From positions 84,506,001-84,570,000 of the forward strand of contig NC_043002.1 in the NCBI RefSeq assembly GCF_006345805.1: 64,000 nt of DNA, read 5' to 3'. The notes beneath the pieces were generated by a model. That model was not told where the DNA came from. It worked only from the letters and a program-made list of their open reading frames with translations, and did no database searches. The stretch comes from Octopus sinensis (taxonomy: Eukaryota). Positions 9,060 through 21,880 of this stretch are shown piece after piece (the first letter of the stretch is position 1; every line of letters starts with the position of its first letter). The position numbers and the translations under genes were made by a program.

Positions 9060-9660
9060 GAGAGCTATTGCCTCTGTTGGCAACAAAAGGACTCAGAGTG
9101 AAAGGTAGACTGTATGATGTTTGTGTGCGAATGGCTATACCTCATGGTAGTGAGACATGAGCTCTGAGTGCTCTGTTGGATGTGCAACATCAATATGCAT
9201 GTATAACAAAGTGCAAACATATTGAGAGAAAAGTTGGGCATAAGAGGAATCAAATGCAACTTGCAAGAGAGAAGACTGCATTGGTTTGGACATGTGATGT
9301 GTATGAATGAGGATAGCTGTATAAAGAAGTGCCAATCACTGAAAGTGGATGGTACCAATTGAAGGGGGCGAGCTGGCAGAAATGTTAGCATGCTGCGCGA
9401 AATGCTCAGCAGTATTTCGTCTGTCGCTACGTTCTGAGTTCAAATTCCGCCGAGGTCGACTTTGCCTTTTATCCTTTCGGGGTCGATTAAATAAGTACCA
9501 GTTACGCACTGGGGTTGATCTAATTGACTTAATCCGTTTGTCTGTCTTTATTTGTCCCCTCTGTGTTCAGCCCCTTGTGGGTAGTGAAGAAACAGGTACC
9601 AATTGAAGGGGGAGACCCAGGAAGATATGGGATGAAGTGGTATGGACCAATCTCAGGATG
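9060..9660 (+). pseudogene. RTE RT C-terminal remnant interrupted by a SINE
   Basis: Reads LPLLATKGLRVKGRLYDVCVR...GSET* and LQERRLHWFGHVMCMNEDSCIKKC, and resumes after 9595. Confidence 0.75.
9367..9594 (+). mobile_element. tRNA-derived SINE family C with 18-bp TSD
   Basis: Head GGCGAGCTGGCAG...GAGTTCAAATTCC; central TTTGCCTTTTATCCTTTCGGGGTCGAT..AATAAGTACC (Meta/Sauria-like, from memory). TSD GGTACCAATTGAAGGGGG at 9351-9368 and 9595-9612. Confidence 0.85.
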
Positions 9661-10479
9661 TCGAGCCTCATGGAGGAAGTGACAATGGATCAGAATGTCT
9701 GACAATGTGAGTGAGGTTCTTGAGAAGACTTGCTCACATCAGCAAAACTGTATGGGTTCCATCCACATGAAACAAGAAAACTTTTCACACACATTAACCC
9801 CAACAAATCAAACTACATCTCTTCCCTTATTCACATTTCCTCTTTCATGCATTATACTTATCTCTCACTCCCAAATCCTGTCCTCATGACCCTGTTCACA
9901 GTATCATTGCGGTCGGGTGGCCCTCCACTCCACCCCCTCTATATATACCCAGATTTTACCACTCTCTGCATTCCCCTCCCCCCATTCTCTACTCACACTT
10001 CTTTGGCAATGTCCTGCCACTTCTATTATTACCTCCATACCTCAGGAGTATGCCCTGGCACCTGCCAGCATCTATTTCTTTCTTCTGTTACTCGACCATC
10101 CTATTTATATTCTGATCCCTGTCTCTTGTGAGTATGCCTGGCACTTTGCCACCAATTCTCTCCTGCTCTCTCTTACACTCTTGCTGTTCTCCCACTCTCT
10201 CTCTCACTCCTTCACCTGCTCTTCCCTCAGACTGGGTAACCATGTATCTCCTTCGCAGCAGCACACCTATTTCTGTCCTCATTCTTGATCACTCTGTCTG
10301 TCTCTGTTTGTCTGTATGCCTGTCTGTCTGTCTCTGGTCTGGTTACCATGTACAAGTGTCTTGCTGTAAGACACCTGTTTCTGTCTCTCTGTCTCACTAT
10401 AACCTTTCATCATCTGACACAAGATCACCTCCTCCAGTGCCCCTCCCCTCTCAAAGGATCTTTGTCAGGCAAGTTACTT

Positions 10480-10790
10480 GGTGAACCTGCCATTGCTGAT
10501 ACCATGTAAAAAGCATTCAGTCCACACTGTAAAGTGGTTGGCATATTTGGAAGGGCATCAAGCTGTAAAAACCATGCCAAAACTGATCTTGCCTGTGCTT
10601 GTGCCATGTAAAAAGCACTCAGTCCACTCTGCTGGGTGGTTGGTATTAGGAAGGGCATCCAGCCATAAAAACCCTGCCAAAACGGACACAGAAGTCTGGT
10701 GCTGGCTCCTGCCTGGCCGGCTCCTGTTAAACCATCTCATCCATGCCAACATGTAAGGCGGACGTTGAACAATGATGATGATGATATATG
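10480..10790 (+). mobile_element. RTE 3' tail (family A), partly duplicated
   Basis: Two GGTTGG..GGAAGGGCATC cores and a (GAT)n tail. Confidence 0.75.
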
Positions 10791-10869
10791 TATATATATA
10801 TATATATATCCACACATATATATTAAAGGAGGCACAAGCATTTTCACAAACATGTATACACATGAGAAC

Positions 10870-11011
10870 TTCTGCTTACCAAATTCAATCACAAGGCTTG
10901 ATGTTGGCCTGAGGCTATAGCAGAAGACACTTGCCCAAGGTGCCACACAATGGGACTGAACCCGAAACCATGTAGTTGAGAAGCAAACTTCTTAACCACA
11001 CAACCATGCCT
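10870..11011 (-). mobile_element. SINE family B, 5' part
   Basis: Reverse complement of the head and CORE-like segment. Confidence 0.75.
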
Positions 11012-11579
11012 TCAGCTCACAGCTGGATTCATAGAATCGTGTGGCTACCACAGAAAGCTGCCCTAACAGACCCGGTTATCTGGTGACATAGTAATCCAGT
11101 ACAGAGAAGTGTAATGCAGAATGTTCATACTGCAGAAATCTAGAAGAGCTTATCAATGAAATTATTTCATGAAGAATATATAAACTAGAAAAGTGAAGTG
11201 GTATGAGGGGTGGATTTATTTATTTAACCATTTGATAGCCTTAAGATTATGTCTGTTTCACAGCCTTCTTCATGTAGTAATAATTTCAGTGTGGAATAAA
11301 ATTATATTCACATGTTTGCATTAATATGCATGCTATGCATTATACAATACAGTTGCATATTCACAAATCAATGCAAATAAAGAAAGCTAGCTCATCAGAT
11401 CACCAGAACATTATGGTTACACCAACGATTCAACTCATGATTATATATACAAAATTTACTCTTTATATATATAATATGTGGCAGCCCAAAATTAGATTGG
11501 TTTGGTCATTGAAAATAAAGATATGTTGTTTTATATGAATTGAGGTGTTTGCTAGAAGCTCATGGCACCCATGAATTGT

Positions 11580-11850
11580 AGTCATGGTTGTTGCCGGTAC
11601 CAAGTAAATGGCACACGTGAATCATAGTCATGGTTATTGCTGGTGTCATGTAAATAGCGCACATGCCAGTAGCACGTAAAAGTACCCATTACACTACTAG
11701 AGTGGTTGATGTTAGGAAGGTCATCCAACTGTAGAGACCATGCCAAATTAGGCTGGAACCTGGTGCAGCTCTCTGGCTTATCAGCTCCAGTCAAACAGCC
11801 TAACCAATGCCAGCATGAAGAGTGAACATTAAATGATGATGATGATGATA
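11580..11850 (+). mobile_element. RTE 3' tail (family A)
   Basis: Core motif plus (GAT)n tail. Confidence 0.7.
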
Positions 11851-11894
11851 ATATATAAACATAATGTAACATAGCATAACATAGTATAATATAA

Positions 11895-11939
<45 letters not shown>

Positions 11940-12222
11940 CTGAGAATGTGTGTGTGTGTGTGTGCATGTGTGTGTATGTGTGCATCACTAAAACTCGAGA
12001 ACTACCCAGCTGATTTCATTCAAATTCTACACATGCCTTACTTAGGGTCCATGCAGTATCAAGGGCCAAACAAATTTTTGACTTCTTGCATAATACGAGC
12101 CCATAGCAATCACATATCTCTTCCACTCTTTTGCTATTATGTGTCAAAAGTGAAACAATAACATCTCTATTGTAATGTGATATAATACTTTCACTATTAT
12201 ATGGTTTCAGTTTCAGTTACTT

Positions 12223-12264
<42 letters not shown>

Positions 12265-12780
12265 TTTCATTTCTATTAGTTTCCTCTCAACCTAAACACA
12301 CCAAGCTCTCCATCCCCTATTCCCAATTCCTCTGTCTATGCAGGCTCTGCAGTGACAACCATGACTTTGAGACTCAGTCTCAACTCATGGCTTGCCACTT
12401 CATCCTACGAAGATATCCTATTACCACTATCTACACCATCCTTGCCAGAGCACGTTCTGTGGACCGTGAATCTGATCTCTCCCCCTGCACCTGCTCTGCC
12501 ATCTCCCATTTTCTGTTACCTACCACCCTGTCTGTGTGTTTCCCTAAAACTTGAGAACTACACAACCAATTTCATTCAAATTTTACACATGCCTTACTTA
12601 GTGTTCATGTAGTGTCATAGGCCCCCAAAATTTTTAACTTCTTGCCTAGTGCGAGCCCACAGCAATATCATATCTTCTCCACTATTTCAGTATTACCTGT
12701 CAAAAGTGAAAGAATAACATCTCTCTATTGTAATGTCAGATACTTTCACTTTAATACTGAAACTATTAAAATGAAATTAT
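11895..12780 (+). mobile_element. Non-autonomous Helitron-like fragment with internal duplication
   Basis: Starts A|TCTATATA...(TG)n...AACTCGAGAACTAC..GATTTCATTCAAATT, which resembles invertebrate Helitron-N 5' ends. About 11990-12200 recurs at about 12545-12760. Confidence 0.5.
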
Positions 12781-12814
12781 TATCTCACATATATACAGGC
12801 ATACATACATATAA

Positions 12815-12889
<75 letters not shown>

Positions 12890-12890
12890 A

Positions 12891-12930
<40 letters not shown>

Positions 12931-13090
12931 CATCTGCACATATGTATATATATATACATGTATATATATGCATGTATATGGATAGCTGTATATGTATACA
13001 TGTATATGTATTATATATATATATATATATATAGATGTACATACACATATATACATGCATACATATATACACCCATACACACACATATAT
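12815..13090. repeat. (TATC)n plus (TA)/(CA) compound microsatellite
   Basis: Direct reading. Confidence 0.9.
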
Positions 13091-13094
13091 ACAT

Positions 13095-13420
13095 AGGTGC
13101 AGGTGTGACTGTGTGGTACTAAACTTGGTTCCAAATCACATGGTCCTGGGTTCAGTCTCACTATGTGATGACTTGGCATGTGTCTTCTGCTATAGCCTCA
13201 GACCAACCAAAGCCTTGTCAGTGGATTTTGTAGACAGAAACTGAAAGAAATCAATCGTATATATATATGTATATATGTAAGTGTATGTGTGTGTCTTTGT
13301 CTCTGTGTTTCTCCCTCATCACTGCTTCACCACTGCTGTTCGTTTATTTACATCTCCATAACTTACTAGTTTGACAAGAAGAAACTGATAAAACAAGTAC
13401 CAGGCTTATCAAAATAAAGA
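13095..13420 (+). mobile_element. SINE family B, degraded
   Basis: Head and 3' segments are recognisable. Confidence 0.7.
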
Positions 13421-13544
13421 AAAAAAGCACTAGGCAGTGTCTCATATTTTGCCCACTCAGTTGTATCTATCAATTTATCTTTTTGTGTGTGTGTATATTT
13501 ATATAATACACACACACACACATATATATACATGCATGTATATG

Positions 13545-14200
13545 TGCATATTCATATCTATTATATAAAAGTCAATGTCTTTATGTGTGTTCGTGTGTCA
13601 CTTATACATTCGAAAACTGCTGCACCGATCCTAATGAAATTTGGAACACAAAATCCAAGCCTAGAGAGAAGGGTAATGCTGTGTGTTTCATACAACTTCA
13701 TGGACTAAAATTACTGAATGGATCCTTATGATATTTGGAACTTAGATTCAATACATAAGGGCATGTATAATGCAATATGTTTGGTTTGAATTTGAGATGG
13801 CTTAAAGGGGGCAGAAACCCCATGAAAATTCATAAATTTTCGATATTGATGAAATTTCAACCATGGGTAATTGACACACATCAGGAAGTATTCTCAAAGT
13901 TTCCACTTCACATGACGATTCTAAGACACCCTAATGGGAGCCTTAACTCCTACAAATTTTAGTCATTTCTTTTATGATCTAAAACTTGGTCAAAAGTGCT
14001 GAATAGATCTTTATGAAATTTGGAAATTATATTCTATGCATAAGGGCCATAACCCCCATGACAATTCATAAATTTTTGCTGTCGATGAAATTTTAATCAT
14101 AGATATTAGACACAAATGAAGTAATATTTATAAAATTTCATCTTCTTAGAAGTTAGAAAGACCCCTTCATGGGGACTTAACACCCACAGTTTAGTCATTT
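13545..14200 (+). mobile_element. Helitron-like fragment
   Basis: TATATAAAAGTC..GTGTG..TCGAAAACTGCTGCACCGATCCTAATGAAATTTGG and repeated ATGAAATTT blocks. Confidence 0.4.
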
Positions 14201-14824
14201 TATCTAAGTAAAGATGAATACAGTTGTACCCGAGCATAAAAGATGAGCTTTATTTGTAATTCAATGGTACAACAACATAAGAGTTTACTTTGAGCTATAC
14301 TTAGATTGTGATTTCTGCAATGTGGTGCATAAATTGTCAAATAAATGAGAGGCATCTTTGCCTCCACTGATTCAGTTGCAAAGTGTTGAATAAAGTTATT
14401 TGGTTGTAGATCTCCTTTCAGTCTTTTTATTATCACCCGGTCACACATAGTCCCCAGATGGTAACATTGATTTCAAGGCCTTCCCAGATGAGTGACTGAT
14501 TATTCAAAGACATTTATAGATTGTAAATTTATTCCGTCCAGTTACCTATTGGTATAGTAGTCATTTGCAAACTCCAGAAGTGACACTTTCATTTCTCCTT
14601 AGCCCTCATGTCACACAGTTGTTAATGTTTATTTGAGTTTGGTCACGCCTTTGCAATTGCTATAGATCCTGTATGGTGAGGAATCCTACATTGGGAGTGG
14701 TAACAACTAGGGTAGGGTAGCTGACTGCTTATTTTGGTTTCCTGTAGCTTTGCTCTCTTTTACAAACCCAGTGAACATACATATATTTCCTATTTCAAAG
14801 AAATTCAATCAATAGATAACTCTC

Positions 14825-15060
14825 TCTCTTTTACTCTTTTACTTGTTTCAGTCATTTGACTGTGGCCATGCTGGAGCACCACCTTTAGTCGAGCAAATCA
14901 ACCCCAGGACTTATTCTTTGTAAGCCTAATACTTATTCTATCGGTCTCTTTTGCCGAACTGCTAAGTTACGGGGACGTAAACACACCAGCATCAGTTGTC
15001 AAGCGATGTTGGGGGGACAAACACAGACACACAAACATACACACAGACACACACAAGTAA
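14825..15060 (-). mobile_element. SINE family B, 3' half
   Basis: TTTTACTCTTTTACTTGTTTCAGTCATTTGAC... is the reverse complement of the tail. Confidence 0.8.
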
Positions 15061-15158
15061 AAATACATACGCTCATATAAATATGCGCATAGTATAAATA
15101 CACATACATAAGAATGTATGCATATGAATACATACATGCATGTGTGTGCGTGTGTGTA

Positions 15159-15272
<114 letters not shown>

Positions 15273-15359
15273 AGCACTCCATCGGTTGCAACGATGAGGG
15301 TCCCAGCTGATACGATCAACGGAACAGCTTGCTCGTAATATATATATATATAATTTTTT

Positions 15360-15690
15360 ATCTTTTGTGTTTTGTTTTACTTGTTTGTCATTTGACTGTG
15401 GTCATGCTGGGACACCACCTTAAAGGGTTTTAGTGGAACAAATTAACCCTAGGACTCATTATTGTTTGAAGCTTTATACTTATTCTATTGGTGTCTTTTT
15501 GCCAAGCCACTAAGTTATGGGGATGAAAAATATATATGCAATATGTTCCTTTCAGTTTTTGTCAACCAAATCCACTCACATGGCTTTGGTTCACCCAGAG
15601 CTATAGCAGAAGACACTTGCCCAAGATGCCACACAGTGGGACCGAATCCAGAACCATATGGCTGCGTAACAGAGAAGTTTGCTTCCCAAG
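15360..15690 (-). mobile_element. SINE family B
   Basis: Reverse-complement tail and head. Confidence 0.7.
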
Positions 15691-17027
15691 TATGTTATCT
15701 CATGTTGTGCTCTAGTGTCGCACACTTTAGCAAGTGTTTTCTCCAAAAGCCCTGGACTAATTAAAACCTTCTGAGTTGATCTAGTAGATAGAAACTAAAA
15801 GCATCTCATGTGTGTATATATATATGTGTGTGTGCATGTGTGTACCCTGGCTTGACATCATGTGATGACTGTAAACAAGAATCACAATATAGATTTTAGA
15901 ATTTTGCTCAAGGAAAAGAAAAAAAGCTTTGCACAGTTTTTTTGTTGTGTTTAGGGAGATTAATTTCTTTGCTTTGAATCTAGTTAAGGTATTTTCTGAT
16001 TAGCTTGATGAAAGGGTAGGGCTCTTGGCCATTGCAGTATCTCCCAGACTGGTAAAACCAGTGCTGTTAATATACCTCTAACACTGTTACAAGTTGTTAA
16101 CTGCAGGAAAGACATCTGCAGAGAAGGAATTCCAAAGAACTGACATTCTAGGAAGGAAGGACTAGGTATAGTGGTTATTGTTGGGTTCTGGAGGTGTGTA
16201 GTTTGGAGAGATGAGTGAGCCAAGAGCAAAGGTGACACAAGACCAGCTCCATTGTAGTCGTGGCCAATAAAACAAAGAGAGAGAAAGAGAGATGTCTATG
16301 TGTATATCAGCAGCAGCAGCAACAACAACAAAAACATCATCAGCAGCAGCAGCTCTGATGTGGGAACAGTCCTTTGTTGCAGAGATTCAATTACTATTGA
16401 GAGCTGCAGTAATTTTTGGCTCTTCAATTTGTTCTTAATATAGATGCTAATGGCTTAGTAGGGAATTTAGGGTATATTTTTACATGACTTAGTCAGAGGA
16501 AGAAGAACAATACCCAGTGCTGAACCACGTTAAGTTATGAGGATGTAAACAAACCAACTCTGGTTGTGAAGTGGTAGTGGACAGGCACAAACACAAAAAC
16601 TTGGACACACGCACACACACACACACACACACAGAGGCTTCTTCCAATTTTCATCTATCAAATCTACTCATCAGGCTTTGGTTGGTTGGTTTGGGGCTAT
16701 AATAAAAGATAGTTGCCCGAAGTCTCACATAGTGGGATTGAACCTGAAATTATGTGGTTGGGAAACAAACTTCTTACCATACAACCATGCTTGCCTCTCG
16801 TTTCTGTTGCTGCAGTGCATCTGCAGAAAAACTATCTGGGGAGTATTTTGATTATATGAGATATGTGTAAAATGATTCTTTGATGTGTAAAACAATTCTA
16901 TCTTTGTGCTGTGGAAAGAGAGAAGGCTGCCAAATCATTTTATGAAATGAGTATAGGTTTGATTTGAGATATCTCATTTGCAAATGGATGATATTTGTGT
17001 CAATAATATCTAAAAGGAATCTGACGG

Positions 17028-17200
17028 TGAGCTGGCAGAATTGTTAGCATGCTGGGAAAAATGCAGGTCAACTTTGCCTTTCATCCTTTTGGGGGTCAAT
17101 AAGATAAGTACCAGTTGAACACTTGGGTCTATGTTATCGACTTACCTCTACTCAGAAAATGCTGACCTTGTGCCAAAATTTGAAACCAGTATTTAAAAGG
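17028..17200 (+). mobile_element. SINE family C, degraded
   Basis: GGTGAGCTGGCAGAA...TTTGCCTTTCATCCTTTT.GGGGTC. Confidence 0.65.
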
Positions 17201-17306
17201 AATAAAGAATAGTGTCATCTGCATAGAAGTGTGTTGTTAGAAGTGATAGCAATTAGATTGTTAATGTATAGGGAGAAAGTGTAAAATAAAAAAAACACAA
17301 CTGAAC

Positions 17307-17685
17307 AGGCGTAGGCGTGGCTGTGTGGCAAGTAACTTGCTTACGAACCACATGGTTCTGGGTTCAGTCCCACTGCGTGGTACCTCAGGCAAGTGTCTTC
17401 TACTATAGCCTCGGGCCGACCAAAGCCTTGTGAGTGGATTTGGTAGACGGAAACTGAAAGAAGCCCGTCGTATATATGTATATGTGTGCGTGTGTATGTG
17501 TGTGTGTGTGTTTGTGTGTCTGTGTTTATGTCCCTGTAACTTAGCGGTTCGGCTAAAGAGACCGATAAAATAAGTACTAGGCATATAAAGAATAAGTCCT
17601 GGGGTCGATTTGCTCGACTAAAGGCAGTGCTCCACCATGGCCACAGTCAAATGACTGAAACAAGTAAAAGAGAGTTAAAAGAGAA
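17307..17685 (+). mobile_element. SINE family B, full length
   Basis: Complete head-to-tail match with 20001-20410 and 53352-53745. Confidence 0.9.
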
Positions 17686-18197
17686 TATAATGTAGGCCTA
17701 ATGTGCTGTCATTACATGTTGCAATTCTGTAGTCTCACAGAAAACTTTCAATCAAAGAGATGAGAGATGGGTGTACCTGGTCGAAAGTTTTGCTGATATT
17801 GAATGAAATAACATTGTTTTTGCGGAAGTACACATTTGTGAGAAACATCTGGTGGGTGATTTATGAAAGCAAGTTTTCACTAGATCAGGATTTACAGAAA
17901 CTATTGGTGGTCATTGATTACAATTGTTTCCATAATATTTGAAAAGCTGGAAGTAAGGGTGAATGAACAAAAGCTATATGCATGGTGAGATTAGTGGAGG
18001 GAAGAAGAAAATGTTGTTGAGTGTGGACTTGGAAGCAAAGTGGGTAGAAGTATTCTGTAAAAATTAGTACTGATCCTCTTGGTAAGAAACCAGAACTGTT
18101 ACAATTTGGGAAACCAGAGTGCTTGCAGGCTGTTTGATGCAATGTTTTTTCCAATAGTTTTGTTGTAAGTACTGCAGTAGAGGGTGTATGAATTCTC

Positions 18198-18625
18198 GGA
18201 TCTTTTTGGTTTGAATGGCAGTTTTTAACATAATTTCTAGATAACTAAAAAATTTTAAACTTCGTATACTAGTAGAATGTGTTTATAAAACATCTTTTTC
18301 TCTTGGCTTTATTGAGAAAATTCTATGGTTTGTAAGATATTTGTTGTTTTTTTTCTTCAATTTCTGCAATTTCAACCAATCACTGACGTCTATTGAGGTA
18401 AAAAAACATTCTGTGCCGTATAAATATGTCCCTCGTTTAAGAAACAGATTGGGTTTATTTACATTTGTAAAGAAAAAAAGATACCCTTCCCCCCACCCCT
18501 AACCCTAACTAACCCCAACCCTAAAACAGATAGAAATGCAATAGATCGATACTAGGGTCATAATTATGGGTGACAATTTCATATGACACCGTTAGAAAAA
18601 ACTGCCGGTCAAACCGAAAAGATGC
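18198..18625. mobile_element. MITE with ~28-bp TIRs and 8-bp TSD (possibly Merlin-like)
   Basis: TIRs GGATCTTTTTGGTTTGAATGGCAGTTTT and AAAACTGCCGGTCAAACCGAAAAGATGC; TSD GAATTCTC at 18190-18197 and 18626-18633; second copy at 63138-63550. Confidence 0.85.
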
Positions 18626-18644
18626 GAATTCTCTGATCATCCTT

Positions 18645-18869
18645 TAGCATTTAAATTGGCCATATCCAGCCAATACAGCTCCCATGACTTTCGGAAACAT
18701 TTTTTCACGCTCAGAGTTGCTGAAGCATGGAATAAACTGCCTGCGTCAGTTGTTGACTGCCATGACACTGCATCTTTTAAGGCCCTCATGCTTTCCAAAA
18801 TCCGCCGAAACTTCACCTGATTATATATACACTTTAGATGAGTTGTAGTGCACCTGAGCACTGTACACA

Positions 18870-18903
<34 letters not shown>
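18645..18903 (+). mobile_element. CR1-clade LINE 3' end with (ATT)n tail
   Basis: Encodes HDFRKHFFTLRVAEAWNKLPASVV; same family as 38745-39178. Confidence 0.8.
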
Positions 18904-18905
<2 letters not shown>

Positions 18906-19208
18906 TTTAAAATATTGTTCCTGTTTTATGTTCAAACTGCCCAAATGCTGATTCTTACACCTACCCTACAATGTCAGTTTTAAAATAATCAAAACATCAA
19001 AATTGCCAAGCTACAAGATAATACATGATCAATTCAAAACAATGTGAATGAATAAACATTACATTTGAAAGAGCAATCTGAATGCTAATTGGCTAATAGT
19101 GGTTGCGGATGATTCCCCTAGGGTGTTGTAGGAAACTTTTCTTCACTTATACTGCTGCAGTGCAACTGTGTGGGGAAAACCACCTGGTGTATTTTGCTAA
19201 TATAAAAG

Positions 19209-19790
19209 ATCATCATCACCATCATCGTTTAGCGTCCGCTTTCCATGCTAGCATGGGTTGGACGGCTCAACTGGGGTCTGGGAAGCCAGAAGGCTGCACC
19301 AGGCCCAGTCTGATCTGGCAATGTTTCTACGGCTGGATGCCCTTCCTAACGCCAACCACTCTGTTAGTGTAGTGGGTGCTTTTTATGTGCCACCGGCACA
19401 GGTGCCAGATGAGGCTGGCAAACAGCCACAATTGGATGGTGCTTTTTACGTGTCACCGGCACGGGGGCCAGGCGAGGCTGGCAACGGCCACGAATGGATG
19501 GTGCTTTTTACGTGCCACCAGCACGAGGCCAGTCGGAACGGCACTGGCAATGGCCACATTCGGATGGTGCTTTTTACGTGCCACCGGCACGAGGCCAGTC
19601 GGGGCGGCGCTGGCAATGGCCATGTTCGGATGGTTCTCTTACGTGCCACCGGCACTGGTATCACAGCTGCAATTTACATTGATGTTGATTGATTTCGATT
19701 CTCACTTGCCTCAACAGGTCTTCACAAGTAGAGTTTTGTGTCCCAAGAAGGAAAGGTATGCATAAGTGGACTGGCTACATCCCATGTAGG
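19209..19790 (-). mobile_element. RTE 3' tail with a 62-66-bp tandem array
   Basis: Family A core plus about 4.5 units beginning GGTGCTTTTTACGTGCCACCGGCAC (19375-19660). Confidence 0.85.
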
Positions 19791-20000
19791 AGCCACCACT
19801 TAAACCTGGGATGATGGTTTTTATCACCTAGTTAGCTGTCAGATTGTTCAGGGGTGGTGTGAGGTTAATTTGTTGCCAAAGGTCATCGTCATAAAACTAG
19901 TAGAGTCTCGGTCAGTCAGTTAGTTGAGTGTTTGAGCTTTTAGGTGGGGTGTTATGCAATAGGAACAGGTCGGGTGTATTGTTTTGATTAAGATGTAGTC

Positions 20001-20410
20001 AGGAGTGGCTGTGTGGTAAGTAGCTTGTTTACCAACCACATGGTTCCGAGTTCAGTCCCACTGCGTGGCAGCTTGGGGGAGTGTCTTCTACTATAGCCTT
20101 GGGCCGACCAAAGCCTTGTGAGTGGATTTGGTAGACGGAAACTGAAAGAAGCCCGTCGTATATATGTATATATATATATATGTGTATGTGTGTGTGTTTG
20201 TGTGTCTGTCCCCCTAGCATTGCTTAACAACTGATGCCGGTGTGTTTATGTCCCCATCACATAGCGGTTTGGCAAAAGAGACCGATAGAATAAGTACTGG
20301 GCTTACAAAGAATAAGACCCGGGGTCGAGTTGCTCGATTAAAGGTGGTGCTCCAGCATGGCTGCAGTCAAATGACTGAAACAAGTAAAAGAGTAAAAAGA
20401 GAGTAAAGAG
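20001..20410 (+). mobile_element. SINE family B, full length
   Basis: Complete head-to-tail match with other full copies. Confidence 0.9.
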
Positions 20411-21880
20411 AGAATCTGATTAGAGCAAAAACAGTAATGTCTATATTTGGAAATGGGGGGAAAAAGTCAAGGAGTGCTTGTGGATTGTTTTCCATGGTGG
20501 AGGAGATAAGATAGCAGAGGAAACCACAACTCATGAGTTTCCACAAATTAATACTTTTTGGATAACTTTTAAGTAATCCAACTTGATGTCAGTGGCTGTA
20601 AGTGGGGTTTTCATAATCCTGTACTTGTTATAGTATCAATTATGAGTAGAGAGAAGAAGATATTGGATTATGCAGTTTCCTGAGGTTATACCCTTAGTAC
20701 TGAGTTTCTACTGAGAAATCTTTTTTATCTGTTACCTTTGATAAACAGTGATGCTCTGCAAGGGAAAAGTGAGGTTGGAATCATTGCATCAAGAGATTGT
20801 ATTACTTTGATGTGGATGCTTACAGAAGAGTTAATTTTGCAAAAAAAAAGAAAAGACATACACAAGAATGCTTGGTGTGGGTATTAAACTGAACATTTGT
20901 CATAATACAAGTGAGGTTGCTCATTTCCTGTCTTCCATAAACATACCTGGCTATGAGAAAATATTACTTTACTTGGAAACAAGCGAGGGCTGGTGACAGG
21001 AAGGGCATCTGGAGGTAAAAAAATCTACTTCCACAAATTTCATTTTACCCGTGCATGCATGGAAAAGTGGCTACTAAACGATGCCGCTAATGATGACGAT
21101 GACAACAAATATTATTATCATTAGCTAATGATCAATAAATATCCACAAACAATACTATTTTTTTTAAAACAGAGATTGGGGACCTTTTTAAATCAGAATT
21201 TTTTTTTTCCAGATCAGAGGATTAGATCAATGTCCGACCTTTAAGACCTGAAAGAGAGTTAGTTTTCCGTCAGGGTTTCCTTCCCTTAGGCAGTTGCAAT
21301 ACTACTCATGCTTATGAACTCCATCTGCCTAGGATTTGAAATCAGATTTTCATTTTCTCAGGCCTCCCAGCCTAGTTTGTGGTCATAACCTCATTACTGA
21401 GGTTATGTCCACTGTACCTCATGTGCTGAGAGGAAGGACATCCTCGTTAACATGATTTGGAGGTATGACTATGGCATTCCACTCCTACCTTGGGGTGCAA
21501 GGAATACCCTAAACCAGGAGTTCTTAACAGGGTTATCTTTTTAATACCAGGGGTAAATTACAAATGCAGAAGAACACATGGGAGACAGGCACATCTGTGC
21601 TAATAAAAATAATGGATTTTTAATTGTATGCAATTTATATTCAATTACTGTTTTGATGTAAAGTCTGAAACTGTTTTCTCATGCTCCAGATCAAACCCTG
21701 AACTGGTAGTCTTGTGATCAATTGCTTTCCAGTCGTCACCATCCAGACAAGAGTGGGCAGTTTCAAATTTAAATTTGAATAAAATTTTGCATGTGACTGA
21801 GGAATTCCTCTCACTGATGCTTTTTAAAAAGGATATAAATAATAATAATAATAATATTATTATAATATTAATAATAATAT

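Noticed and set aside
12878-13244. YI/CV/HT-rich ORFs here and throughout the window
   Set aside because: They are translations of (TA)n, (TG)n, (CA)n and (TATC)n microsatellites.
17307-17400. tRNA gene (also the other SINE heads)
   Set aside because: A/B-box-like motifs are present but there is no full cloverleaf, and the head always continues into a SINE body.
18490-18525. Interstitial telomere (CCCTAA)
   Set aside because: Only 2-3 imperfect units, and they are internal to the MITE in both copies.
19375-19660. CRISPR-like repeat/spacer appearance
   Set aside because: The variable parts are homologous to each other, the array lies in a LINE 3' UTR, the DNA is eukaryotic and there are no cas genes.
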